A stretch of DNA of 63,669 bases, counting the filler, from Dimorphilus gyrociliatus (lineage: Eukaryota > Animalia > Annelida): the NCBI GenBank assembly GCA_904063045.1. It is 3 parts of 3 records of this genome, joined end to end, with 100 filler letters (N's around TTAATTAATTAA, not from the genome) between each part and the next. Parts side by side here need not be neighbours in the genome. Positions count along the whole stretch, not along the records: positions 26,210 to 54,521 come from CAJFCJ010000068.1; positions 54,622 to 63,669 come from CAJFCJ010000292.1; 1 more part is not named here. One strand, 5' to 3'. The translations under genes and the position numbers were made by a program. This document shows, piece by piece, positions 47,130 through 60,039 of this stretch (position 1 is its first letter; the number at the start of each line of letters is the position of its first letter). The notes beneath the pieces were generated by a model, which did not search any database, was not told the origin of the DNA, and saw only the letters and a program-made list of their open reading frames with translations.

Positions 47130-47873
47130 TGCCAAGGATATTATTATGAAATGTTTTGAAATGTATGGAATAGTTTCAATCATTGAATTATCATTTAAAA
47201 AATCACCTTTTTTGTATAGTAGACCTCCTGAAAAGACAGTATAACTGGTAAACTGACTTCTTAAAAAACATTCTCTAGTGTCTAAAATATAATTAAAAGC
47301 TCTGAAAAGAATATTTATATAAAAGGTATTGATAATGGTGTAGAAAAAAATTACTAACTTGCAACCAGAATGCAAATTGCATACAGTTAGACATTCATCA
47401 AGCGCTACTACTTTTGAATGTGAATTCCATTCATCAACATGAAAGTTGAATTGTGTAACAATTCCTTTATTCTCCCAAATATCATAAAAGTTGTTCAGTG
47501 GTTGAAGTTGTATATCTTTTACAAATAATACAAATTTAGCTTTATGTACCTTGGTCGAAAATACACTCTTTAAATGGCATTTGTCCATTAGCAACTCATA
47601 ATCAAATGCTCTGAAAAAATTCAAAATATATTTAGTAAATGTTTATTTCTCTCACGATTTTACTTACTTGCATTCTTCATATGAATTACACACAGCCATG
47701 CATTCCTGAATTGACGTAACTTTATAGCTAACTCCACCCCATTCAGGAATGTTTAATAGTTCGTTAATTTGAACCACCTCATTTTCATACTGTTCATAAC
47801 CAAGAAGGCTTTGATCAGTAAAGTATTCAAAAAATATAAGATGATAGAAAAAACTTTGGAATAAAAGTTTCAT
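47130..47873 (-). CDS. Secreted tandem PAN/apple-domain protein, paralog of the 40-kb gene
   Basis: Leader MKLLFQSFFYHLIFF, NIPEWGG...ECMAVCNSYEEC, VDEWNS...ECLTVCNLHSGC, RAFNY...ECFLR. Confidence 0.75.
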
Positions 47874-48763
47874 TCTTCCCTGAATGAAATGTCAAACCAG
47901 CAAAATAACTTCTCTCTACAGAGAAAACTTCTATATAAAACATTCTTGTTCCTAACCCTTACATTTTTTTTATATTATATTGTAATCGATTATTCATTCC
48001 TTTTATATTAATCTTATGTTTTTTAAATGGAAACTGGTTTAAAATAGAACATGGCAGAATTTTTTACTTTTCCATTCAGGGAAGATATTTAACAAACCAA
48101 CAATAGCTTCTTAATTATTGATGATGTTCTCCAGTTTAGTTATTTAGCGTAGCTATTTGCATTTCCATATGTATTCTATAAGAAGAACTGTTTTCTAAAT
48201 TTTCTTAACTTAAGCAATTCTATATTTTCTATTAAACAATAAACATAATATATATATTACCAAAAATATCCTCAGATATCTAGGACACTGTCTAATATTC
48301 TAATCAGTATTAATGCATTTGCATTAGAAGAGTTATTGACACTAGACAACTTTAGCATACTAAAATAATGAAATGAAAGACCTGGATTTAAGAAAAATAG
48401 TATCAGATTATAATTCTCCCAACTGAACATTATGAACTTAGTGTTAATGCGAGAATTACATTTATGTTATCCTACTTGTCATTGTTAATTCAGCAACTGG
48501 CCGAATATCTAGGAAATATCCAATCTGCTGTTGAACTTTGCGAGAAGGTGAAGAAGACAAATTATGATGTATGAAATTACAATCTGTTTCCATTCAAGTA
48601 CTAGAATTTTACTTGGCATAGGTACAAGATAATTCATTAAAGAGGGTTGCGGACAAGTTAGATGGTAGAATGAACTTGACATTTATTAAATTTGAATATT
48701 AACACAAATATATAAAAATATAACATATTTAATGTTAATGTGCACTTAGATATAAGGGTACAT

Positions 48764-48922
48764 TAGAAAGACTTCTATTTTGTAGGAATTAGACTGGTGC
48801 AACTATAGAAATACTTATATTTCGTAGGAATTATAGTGGTGGAACTTTAGAAAGACTTTTATTTCGTAGAGTTAGCTTTTAGTACTTTAGAAAGAACTCT
48901 ATTTCGTAAGAAATAGACTCTT
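48764..48922. repeat. About 41-bp minisatellite, four degenerate units
   Basis: Unit tagaaagacttctatttcgtaggaattag...actt repeated head to tail. Confidence 0.7.
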
Positions 48923-48929
48923 TGACTGT

Positions 48930-49335
48930 AACAGATGGTGGCTACTTGGGGAATTAACAAAGGAACAAAGAACATGGAAAAGATGCAGGTCAAACACCAG
49001 ATGCTGATGAGACAGGCCTGTTTGCTGTGGCACATGTTTGGCATGTGGCCCTAATCTTAGGATTATATTTTATATGTGTGATATAACAGTCTTTCATATT
49101 TTTGTTACATGAGAATTATGAGACCGTCAGATTTCAACTTTGTAATCCTTTGACCACTTGAACCCAAGCTTTGGAAAATGTATAAAAGGAAATGCATTTC
49201 CTCAGCTTGTCAGTTCAGTTCTTTAACCATTAACTGGTTGTTTAAACTTACTTGTTTAGAACTAGAAACTCATTTACTCAATACATATTCTTTGGACGAA
49301 ATACTGGTATTTTGTTGAATTATTTCTACCGAAGC
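48930..49335 (+). repeat. LTR-like repeat, family B, longest copy
   Basis: Segments match 53210-53270 (+), 10447-10480 (-), 15084-15140 (+), 1081-1125 (+) and 61455-61500 (-). Confidence 0.65.
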
Positions 49336-50359
49336 TAGGACAAAAACAAACTTCCTATATTTGCAATACAATAACAAACAAATTAATTTGAATTTTATTC
49401 ACCGAGTGTATTTTGAAAGCAGCATAGAATAATGATGTATTTAGATTTCAACTATTCTACATTCAGCTACAAAAGCCAACTATTTTGTTAATGAGTTTCC
49501 TCCTAATATGGTCTTCCCATTGATCTACATTTAGTGTTTGTTATAGCACGGCTGCAGATTGACCACTTTCATTTTTGACAGTTTTTACAGATATCATTCA
49601 TGGTTGATGTTGAGACACCCTGAAATGCAAAACATGTGTTATATATGACACATACAGAGATAAAATACATACCATTCCAGCAAAATTGAGTCCAGAACTA
49701 TGAAAAAAAGACCTCTCACTTGGGTCAGAGGCAGCAGAATCCTAAAACATAATTTTAATGTAACATTCTATAAATAACTTTCAGAGAAACAGTATTTTAT
49801 GCTTATCAGAAGTTCTCTAAGAGCATATTTAAGATCTTCATCATCTCTTTCAGCAGTCAAAAAAAGACTGTATTCTAACCATTTCAGTTAGTAAAAAAAT
49901 CGCCAAGACACAAAGTAGAGATGATTTCATGATTGCTTTTTACTTTTCTTTCATTCGTCGCTAACTTTATATTCTTTTTTTTGAGATCTTCAACTAATAA
50001 ATTTCTAAAGAAAGGAACAGCCATTCTTCTGACTTACCAGATAAAAAAGAACTGTTAAAAGTCTAACATCGAACAAAAGAAGTCAATGATACTGATAAAT
50101 TTGACAGTTAGTTTTAAAAGTTAAATCTCTGAATTTTCCCAAACATTAAACCAAAGTGGACAGTCCAAAAGAGCAACAATTTGTGAGGTCTTCACTACAG
50201 TATGTTTGCGAAAATAAAAGGGAAGGATAGCCTGATAGGGGAAGACTATCAAAATTAAATGAAAGAACGAAATCCCTTATCACACGCTAATAATTTATTA
50301 ATAATAAATACATCTATATATAGAAAATATTGAAACAGGAATTAGCATACGTTTTCTTT

Positions 50360-50480
50360 GGGAGCTGTTGAAAACGTCCATTTTGGAGTTATTTTGGGGT
50401 GAGATTTTGGGTTGGGAATGGGTTAGGAAAAATAGTTAAGCAATTGATTTTTAATTAGGTTGGTTCAAACTAAAGGTTAG
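50360..50480. repeat. Degenerate telomere-motif MITE
   Basis: gggagctgttgaaaacgtcc followed by gggttgggaatgggttagg. Confidence 0.5.
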
Positions 50481-51386
50481 TGTACACATTTAGGCTGTTA
50501 ACATGTACTGTACACATAAGCTTACAACCAAGCTCACACATTTACACAATACACCCAAAATTATTACATTTCATTTACCAATGGAATGAAAATATTGGAA
50601 GAGAATTATACAGTACTCTACATGCCTAAACTACAACATACACTATTATTTACACTATTTTAAAGTTTTAAATTACTTTTACTAATGAAATATTAAGCCT
50701 AATTATTATACACATAATATTCAATGAATATTAGTTATACCTTGTATTATTCTACTATTTGGAGTGTGTAGTTTATTATCACTTTCAACAGTATTGTATG
50801 CACAATTCTATTTTGGATGATTAAGTATATTTAGTTGACCCTATCACTCTTTTACACTAAAACATATTATTTTACACAAACAATTATTATTATTAATTTG
50901 AGCTATACTAGAACAGCATTAAAGCTGACCTTTGTCTATTCTTGCGTTTTGGAATCAATCCAACTCCTACAAAGATTGTTACATCTTATGCAACTTTCCA
51001 ACCTACTAAAATAGGCAGCAACAGTTTGCAAAGATAAAGAAAAAGTATCAAATGTGGAAATATATTTTAGTATCAAAAAGTTTCGTCATTAATATCACCA
51101 TTTTCTAACTTCTTGTCACAAAATCTATTCACCTTTACACAGTGAAAGATAATTGAATGTTAGAAAGACTTTAAACAGTTCAACAATATATATAGTTAAA
51201 TAATATATTCTATAAATCTCCAGTAGATAGCACCACTGTCTTTCTCTCTAAAGAAATATATGTGTATATATATATATATAATTAGAATTTAACGTATGTA
51301 TGAGTTTACCTCAGTATTTGAAGAGAAGAATATAGAAATAGGATACTTTTTTCCTTTTCAAATGCTGGAAAATCAACTATAGAAAT

Positions 51387-52262
51387 ATGGACGATATTTC
51401 AAAAGCGATTTTAATATTTACAATTCCTTGTTCAGTTATTGGCACGATTTCAAATGTTGTTATCTTAATCTATTTCCCTTTTAAGGGTAATAAGAGTACA
51501 TTGACAAACTATTTTGTAAGAATATTGGCAATTGTAGATACTGTATTTTGTGGAATTATTTTACCAGTATCAACAATTTTGAATATATATGGAACATATA
51601 GTTTAACTGTTTGTAAAGTGCATTCTTACTTTTTAAATATTTTTATAATTCATTCATTCGTTCTGAATATTTTATTAGCCTTTGAAAGATGGTTATCTGT
51701 GTTTAGACCTCATGTATTATCTTCCAATTTAATCTATTGTTTACACTATATATTTCTGTCTTTTTCTTTAACATTTCCCATATATCAAGCAATTTATTTT
51801 ACAAGTGCAACCATGCCAAATGACAACAAAAAAATTCTATGTATTCGCCTCAGTTTTAACGATATAGCAGATGGAATTATTGCAAGTGTTTATATTCAAT
51901 TGTTTCTCTTTTTTATGTTATTGTTAATGTATACTAGTATCTTTATTGTCTTGCAAAAAAGATCTATAAATCCAACAAGAAACTCTGAAAACGAAAAATC
52001 AAATCAAGTTAGATGTGCTTTAATGTTGTTTGGTACTGCTACTGTTTTTTTTCTCTCATGGATACCTGTACAGGTGAAGATTTTGATGAAAATGAACACA
52101 AGAATTCCAATTTTGCAAAGACTTTTCTATATCAATAACTCAACAAACTGTTTTGTGTATATGATTTTTCATAAGCAATTTTTGAAAAGAGTTAAAGTTT
52201 CATTATATAAATTTATTAATAGAAAAAAAGTTGCAAATTCAAATATAAGTACAGTTGCTTAA
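51387..52262 (+). CDS. Class A GPCR, single exon
   Basis: 291 aa, GTISN, AIVD, FERW, LSWIP, NCFVY. Confidence 0.92.
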   Translation: MDDISKAILIFTIPCSVIGTISNVVILIYFPFKGNKSTLTNYFVRILAIVDTVFCGIILPVSTILNIYGTYSLTVCKVHSYFLNIFIIHSFVLNILLAFERWLSVFRPHVLSSNLIYCLHYIFLSFSLTFPIYQAIYFTSATMPNDNKKILCIRLSFNDIADGIIASVYIQLFLFFMLLLMYTSIFIVLQKRSINPTRNSENEKSNQVRCALMLFGTATVFFLSWIPVQVKILMKMNTRIPILQRLFYINNSTNCFVYMIFHKQFLKRVKVSLYKFINRKKVANSNISTVA

Positions 52263-54521
52263 AAAGTCAGGGAGAGGACGGAAAGGAATTTTTGCACATT
52301 TACTGTTTTGTTTGTCAAATTTGTCAAGAAATAATAATTACACTTTTATGATGAGTTTTTAATAGTGTGCTGGACAAAGATGAAACATCTTATCCTTTAA
52401 GATAATCTGTCATAAATACATACTCTTGTATTTCCACTGTAGTCTACTCTACAATCATCATTATCCCACTTTTAGCTTCTATCTTTTCACTCCTAGTCAT
52501 TATTTCACTCGGAACCTTTGCGTACCTTATAATAAAAAATTCCATTCATTTGTACTCTCTTTCACTTAGAGTAGTAGAGTACTAAAATATAGAATATTTT
52601 TTTGATGCATAGCAATTAATTCATTTCATTTCTTCTGCAAAATGTATTAGTGTGTCTAAAAATTGTTTTAGATGATTAGTTATGATGATACTTAAAAAAG
52701 AAATGTTTTTTTTGACATAGTTCAACCGTCTATCAAACTTTTGTCGGAAAATCTTTCTAGCAATTCTCCAATGGATACTAAATTATAAAGGCAAAAGTTA
52801 CAGTTATTTCTGTAGAAAATAATTGATTATAGATTAAGGACGGTTTGATCAGATTATATAACTTTCAAAAGAGTTGGATGCATTTCCAGTTCTTTAGCAT
52901 GCCTTGTTAATTGGTCTTCTAGTATAATATATAATTCCGTTTGTTTTCAATGACTACTTGGAGAGGACATAGATAGTTTCTAATTTTTAGCCATATATAT
53001 TGGTCTGTAGCAGTCTGGAAGCTGCATCAATCTAATGTGACGTGGAAAAACTGGCGACCATTGCCATTGATTTGTTTGTTTGTATTGACCAGTAGTTCAG
53101 TCATTGTAGTGCATATCTTTTAAGTTAGTACGCATGACGTGTTATAACATGAATTAAAAAGAATGAGTCACCATATTTCATTATGAGTTGCTTTGAACAT
53201 TTACAAGCTATGGCAGATGGAGCCATTGTGCAATTGGCAAAGGAACAAAGAACATTTTAAAGATGCATATCAAAAATATTAACTAATCAGAAACCAGTTT
53301 GAAAACTCAGCTGAAATGTATTATTTTTCTTGAGTTTATCTATTTTCTCCCGAGTGTGATAGATAAGCTTACATTAATTTATAAAATTGCAGTTATAACT
53401 ATGCTTCTACATCTGTTAAAGTTCTTTTTCCATCATATTGTCTATCAGCTTTAAAAGCTCCATTCCCAGAGGTCTCAGTTGTTCTAAAGTGGAAACCACT
53501 TGAAGGAATTAAAGACACGTAATATATTCCTTTTTTTCAATTGTCATTAAATTTCAAGATGCTTTATATAAATTAACATTATGGTAAATTCTCTCATAAA
53601 TGATACCATAAAAGCTAGTTCTTCGGAGGATTATCAGGGATTATTGAAATATGTGCCTACATCAACTGAACTACCAGGGCAATCATCATCTCCATTTGTG
53701 GGAGTGGATTTGTACAGCTTCTTAAACGAGACTGATCACTTTTAAACATGTAAACCTGATATTACCACGCCATCAGTAGATAATGGACATCCAAAGGGTA
53801 ACATCCTATATCAGTAGGGATGAAGCTACTTCGTAAAAATACAGAATAACTGACTAAAAGACAGAAAATGAAGAGACCCTGTTAAAAAATTTTTTTAATA
53901 TTTGTCTATATAATATAAAGTTTGCTTTTTATAGGCTTACTGCATTTGTCAACAATATTGTGTAGTTTATAAATAAAAAAATTAACAGAATAGAAAATAT
54001 GCTACTTTGGGCAAGTTTTTAAAAAAAAAACAATTTTAAAATCAATATATCAATAAATTTAAAAATTTTAATATTAAAATTAGGAAACATTCAAGTTTGT
54101 GTATGATTCCTCTTAATAAAAGCATACAATCATAAGAGTGCGCTATTTATACCATTATCATGTGACACACAGATAGTTATGACGTAGTCAGCTTACACTT
54201 TGGGGGACAATTAATAATCTACTGTCTTACCTTTTTTTTACAAGTCAGTCTATCTAAGGTGACTATCTCGATATTATATAATCGCTAACAACCTGTTGAA
54301 CATCATAGAAAAAATATAATTTAAAAATGTTATTTACATCTTAACTAAAATAACAATTAACATAATGAAAATGAAATTTTTACTCATTCCTGTTCTGTTC
54401 TGAATACTTTGGCTAAAAATTAAGAGCCAGCTGATAATGAAAGAAAAGTTACTGTTCCTCCTCTTATATATATTCAACCAAACATTTACTTAACTTTTGT
54501 CATTGGTGAACCTATAATGAT

Positions 54522-54621
54522 NNNNNNNNNNNNNNNNNNNNNNNNNNNNNNNNNNNNNNNNNNNNTTAATTAATTAANNNNNNNNNNNNNNNNNNNNNNN
54601 NNNNNNNNNNNNNNNNNNNNN
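54522..54621. other. Artificial scaffold gap spacer
   Basis: N44 + TTAATTAATTAA + N44. Confidence 0.97.
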
Positions 54622-57600
54622 TGTATTTGGATCATTTGAAAATTTTAAATGGATGATCAATACAAATAGTTCTAATGCATTTCGAAATAAACCAAAATTA
54701 TTCCTCTTTCCAAAATGTTCAGAATGTGAGTAAGAAAAGAATCTTTTTTACCAGTTTTTTTTCATTATCACCATCTTTATCATTCCAAACAGATGGGGAT
54801 AGTTGGAAAAAGAATGAGCAATCCTTTGAAATTGATTCAATTAAAGTAATTCCTCCTTCAAACATCAGTTGTTATCAAGGTATTTACTGGGGAATGTTAT
54901 CATTTTAAAAATATTGCATTTTTTATATAATTTTACAGAGAAATGGGTGAATGCTCAAATGAAAGTATTGTCTATTGAATTTAATAATTTTTTTAATGAC
55001 AATGCATACAATCATGAAAATGGATATGACACAACAGTTTTCTATTCAACTAATGAAAGCCTATTTAACCAAAAGTCTCTTCCATTACTGAACAACTACA
55101 GCAAAAGTCTCTCCCACAGATGTCAGCCTATCTATTTAAAAAGAAAATGGAAATAGAACAGTTCAGTTGTCCCAAATGTAAAAGTTTAATTGATGCATTG
55201 AAGACAAGAATAAATGATACATTCATGTTTTGGAATGAGGATTGTATTAGAATTATTCTCTGGTTGGATAAAAGTTGTAGGCATGGCAATTGGCACTTTA
55301 AAACCAACTATGATTTTGGATTCATTATAGATAGAATCCAACAAGATACTTTTGAAGAAACTTTACTAATCATTACAATAAAACAAACTGGCAGTTAAAA
55401 TTTAAAAAAATTGCTTTCAAATCAAATTGGTTGGATAGTTGTATCAGAATTCGATTACAGTTCAGACCATATTGAATTGTTGAATAATGGCGCACTAATT
55501 GAGCATCAATCGCTCTACATTCCTCTCTTCCAAACAACAAGTACCGATTATCATTTGCCAATTGAAAGCAAAGAAAATGTTCACCAAGAATTGACGTTTC
55601 TCCTATGTATTCAAGCTGAGTTGGTTGCACAACATCTTATTGGTTGTTGTCTATCAATTAGGCGGGAAATGAATAGTATCAATTCCTTGAAAAATCTAAT
55701 TTATTTAAAAGATTTCAAATTGAATTTTATGGAAAATGATTCATTTCAAATTCAAATTAATAAAGATTTGAACTTGAAAATTCCTTCTTTAGATTATCTA
55801 TTGAAAGGAATTATTTTTAATCAGCAATTTTTCATTGATAGGACAGAAAATTTACATATAATTATTAGAAACAGAAACTGGAAGTTGATTTTGGATGATG
55901 ATTTCCCAATATTGCATAGGCTGAATAATGATATTAATTCATTTTCAACAGCCTTGTTTACTGGTGAAAAATTAATTTTAAGTGCTGGAAATTCATTGGT
56001 TATGCTACCAGAAGGATGTTTTCAACAGTTAACTGTTGTTTCCATACAAGAGAAGTATTCATTTGACATTGAAGAAAATTTTACTAAACTTCAAAGTTCT
56101 GTTGATTGTAAGCTGGGTGGAAAATTTTATGGACAAAAAATGGCTAAATTATTGTTTAACCCAATTTTCAAATCAGATGATTTTGATGAAAAAGAATTTA
56201 AATATTTAAAATCTGATTGGATTGTCAGCAATTTGAGGCATTTCTCCAACCATAAACTTTGTAATAGTAGTAAGAATGGAATAAGACTCAATCTTTATTC
56301 TTCAATTGAGAAAATAGATAATGACACTTTGAAATTTTCTGTTCTTTTCACTCTTAATAGTAAAGTAAGTAAATACCAGTTTTCCTTGAATTATCTACCA
56401 TGTTTTATTTTTTGTATTCTATTTTCAAGAAGACGACTAATGTTGAAATAGAACAGAAGGAAATAACACTTTCAGAATTTAAAAATACAATTCCTTGTCA
56501 AAATGGCCTAAAAGTTACTGTCAAAGGAAAGAACTTTGAAGAAACCTCTTCTAAATCTTTCAAGACAATATTTGACAGCTTTAATAAAGGTTTTCATTTA
56601 AGAAATATGACAAATATCAATTTTATAGGCCTAAATCATACAATTATCGATTTTATTCAGGTAAGGAAATTCCTTTTGCTGTCTTTGTTAAATGTAAAGA
56701 AGATAATTTAACTTTGAAAAATTTTTTCAACTTTTTAGATTTTAATACTCAATCTTTGAATTTCAAAGAAAATCTTTCAAATCAGATGAAAGAAATTTTA
56801 AATTATGATAAAACTACCAATGAAAAAATTACTATTTCCTACCAATATCTGTTATGAATTCTAATAATTCTTTATTGCAGGAATTTCAAAAATTTGGTAT
56901 AGTTCATTTAAAATTTAAAATATTAAAAATGTTTAAAAACTGAATGAAAAAACTTTTTTTCCCACTGATTCAGAAACTCTATTATGAATTTGAAATAGTA
57001 AAAGTTGTTATTCTCAACATTTCAAAAGGTAATTTTTTCAATTCTCTATCTATCAAGAAGATATTTTTTTCCTGTTTTTTTTTCACCCAAGAGAGACCAG
57101 GAAGTGAGGTAGACATTGAAAATCTGTCATCTTTGTTTTCCAAGCTCAATTACAAAGTTGAAGAATGGCCTGACCTTGGAAAGAAAGATCTTATTGTCAA
57201 GATAAAGTTGTTGGAAAAAGAAATGGTACATTTCGATTGTCTAATATTCTTTGTGATGGCACATGGAGATGAAACAGGATTCTACTGTAAATTTTCTTTT
57301 TCAAAGTTTCTCTTGTAAATTGTTTTTTTTTTTCATTTTAGTGGCTAAGGATCATTTTGGATTTAAGGAAATCTTTCTCCATTTTAATGATGATAAATGC
57401 TCAAATTTACATTTTAAACCTATTCTTTCTCAATTGTTGTAGAGGAGGTAAATGTTTTTGAATAATTTTTTTTTTCATTTTAAATAACTGAAGAATTTTT
57501 TTATTTTTAAATTAGACACGTGGCCTTTTGAAGAAAAGTCTAACTGTGATATACAAACTGATGGAGGCTTTTTAACTAAACCAAAAAAACCTAAAGATAA

Positions 57601-57949
57601 AGAATGTTTAAACATGTCGGATTGCGCTAAGCTTTTTTCCACAATAGAAGGTATTGTTCTGTTTTTTCAAAAAGAATTCCTAATTTACCATGTTTATCAT
57701 TATGTAAATTTTTGAATAGGCAATGTTAATTTCCGTTTCCCAAATCTTGGAAGTTTATTTATAAGATGCTTTATTATTTGTTTGAGAGTCTATTCCCATA
57801 GAAAATCTCTAACAAGAATTATGGAGAGAACTTACTGTCTAATGAGCTAGAAAATTCATGAATATGAAAAAGCATATTACAAACAAATTCTTGAAGCTCA
57901 ATATTCCTTGAAAACATTCTATTTTTGGCCTGTTGCCAAAAATGAGTAG
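54622..57949 (+). pseudogene. Long-prodomain caspase-like gene (ZU5-like region upstream, p20/p10 at 56990-57949), with lesions
   Basis: VVILNISK, ERPGSEVDIENLSSLF, FFVMAHG (catalytic His), KP..FFLNCCRG (catalytic Cys), GSLFIRC, KQILEAQYSLKTFYF. Frameshift at about 57422 and in-frame TAG at 57848. Confidence 0.8.
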
Positions 57950-58256
57950 TGTTTAGTTCATTTTCAAAAACAATAAAAGCTAAGAAACTGAATATTTCTT
58001 TTCTAATTTTTTCTATTTCTAAACCAAATTGGCATTCTGAAGAAAAATCACACTCCTCTCATTAATAACAAGATTGCTTTAAAAGGATATTTTATTGCAT
58101 AAGAATTTGTAGGCAGTAGATTGTCTAATAAGTCACAGAAAACTACAAAAAGTTGTTTTAGATTTGGAGAAACGTCTTTGGGTTGCAGTAACAGAAGTTT
58201 TTTCAGTGATCTTCTAGAAGATATTGAAAAAATATATATCAATAACAAACTTATCA

Positions 58257-58305
58257 ATCATAACTTGGCCAAACCTTAAGTGGCACTTAAAGATGAATCT
58301 GAAGT
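58257..58305 (-). repeat. Fragment homologous to the sequence just upstream of the Gypsy LTR (18160-18205)
   Basis: Reverse complement tcatctttaagtgccacttaaggtttggccaagttatgatt vs tcatctttaattaccaataaaggtttggccaagttataatt. Confidence 0.7.
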
Positions 58306-58731
58306 ATGACCAGGCAAAATTAGTGTTTGGCCGAAAGTGATTGTATTTCTGGCATACCTAGAGCACAGTGCTATTGTTAAACATTTTTGTATTACAACTT
58401 TTTTCTTGAATGAAAAAAGAATAATTCAAAAAATATTGAAAAAACTCGAGAATTTTCTAGAGTAGGCCAAAACTTCTGATGGTTTTATTATTGAAAATAT
58501 AAAGTATCTGAATACTGAATTTCTAACCATGGTTACCACTTATACCCATTTATAAATACAAGTCGTTCTATCTGAGAGGTATCAAGAAGAACTTATTATT
58601 TATAAATAAATATTTTCAATTTTTTTGTTTTGTTTGCAGACTTATTATGATGTTCTATTAGGGAGACAACTCTTGTTTCCTCCACAATTGTTATACTAAT
58701 TTTGTTAAAGTACTGACTGGACAAAATAAAT

Positions 58732-59061
58732 ATGACAAGATTTTGGCAATACATATGTAAGAATAGAATAATTCAATCTGAGACTTTTCATTAAAATTGA
58801 TCTTTTTTAGCATTTTTATTAATCTTAGTGGCTACTGAAGCCTTTCCAACTCCTACCCTTTTCCCCTCAGTCAACAAAACGGAAAAACCGAAAAATGATA
58901 GTGCTATACCAGTAGCAGTAGTAATAATTTGTCTTATATTTGCTGGATTATGTTGTGTTGTAGCCTACTTAAGCAGGAAAGAAGAAATAAAAAAATTTGC
59001 ATTATGCTCTGCAAGAGTGCTATGTTGTATTGCTACTAATCCAATTACCGTGGTTACTTGA
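58732..59061 (+). CDS. Small single-pass type I membrane protein (about 91 aa, 2 exons)
   Basis: MTRFWQYI|SFLLILVATEA signal (intron 58757-58810), short S/T/P-rich ectodomain with two N-x-S/T sites, TM IPVAVVIICLIFAGLCCVVAYL, Cys-containing tail. Confidence 0.7.
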
Positions 59062-60039
59062 GCAGAAAATAAACCCTTCGTTAAATGCTACTGTTTCGAT
59101 GTTAATAATATTAATAATAAGATCAGGGCAATAGGTCTGCCACTGTCCCTTTAAATTTTATTTGAATACGTTTTCTGTCGTATCCTAAAAAATCCAGTGT
59201 TCAACACTTACAAATGGCTTACACAAAACTGTATTCAGAAATTTCTGACAAAACTGAGGCCCCTTATATATGTTTATGATAATAGTGTAGATGGTTGGCA
59301 CAACAGAATAAATAGTCAAAATGCTCATTCTATATAGGGTTAGGACATCCATCTCTGGGTATTTTGTCCTTCTAAATTATGCTCTTAAATGAGAACATTT
59401 CATTCAGCTTGCCCAGATATTTTGTAATTAGCTAACATGTGATTTTTACTTTAGCAACATTGTTTTGCAGTCTTAAATTACCTGTTAGCAAATATTTCCA
59501 ACCCTGAAAGGGTTAGTTTGGAAACAAACCATTATTAAATTATATGATTACTGATCATTTGTTTGCTTACAGGCTCAAAAATAAGCAAATTATTTGAATA
59601 TGATTTCAAGCATCTCTTTTCAAATTAACAACAAATAAATTCAATATGGCTGATTTGAAATTTAAAAACTGGTACTTGTATACCACATATTTGTCAATAC
59701 AAAATACAAAAATTATTGAAAAAACTGTGTCCTTTCACACATTTACAAACAATTTCAATCAAATATCTGACAACAGATATTTATAAACAATCATCATTTC
59801 ATTTATTAATTTTCTGATGTCAAAAGATACAATTTCACCCACTTCCGGTTTCACTCATTCTCCAAAAAAGTTTTGTTTCCTGTAATAAAATTTTGAAATT
59901 GAAAATACCAGTATGTGTAGAATTGTAGAAATGGAAACTGGATTTCTAGAAATTCCTACAATTACAATACACCAAATTACATGCAGTGTCCAATTGTCAA
60001 AATGTTGCAGATCACACAAACTAAAGGAGTGAGATAAGA

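Noticed and set aside
48764-48922. Spaced repeats resembling a CRISPR array
   Set aside because: Units are contiguous and degenerate with no unique spacers, the context is eukaryotic, and no cas genes are present.
49600-49720. SGLNFAG on the minus strand resembling the BEL/Pao integrase GVDFAGP
   Set aside because: Downstream integrase motifs are absent; likely chance.
53395-54520. Protein-like fragments on the minus strand next to the second gap
   Set aside because: Could not assemble a consistent exon chain or recognise a domain.
4488-57850. Alternative genetic code or stop-codon readthrough to explain in-frame stops
   Set aside because: All three stop codons are involved, most of the same genes also carry frameshifts, and long intact ORFs (GPCRs, gag-pol) have no internal stops and end at normal ones.
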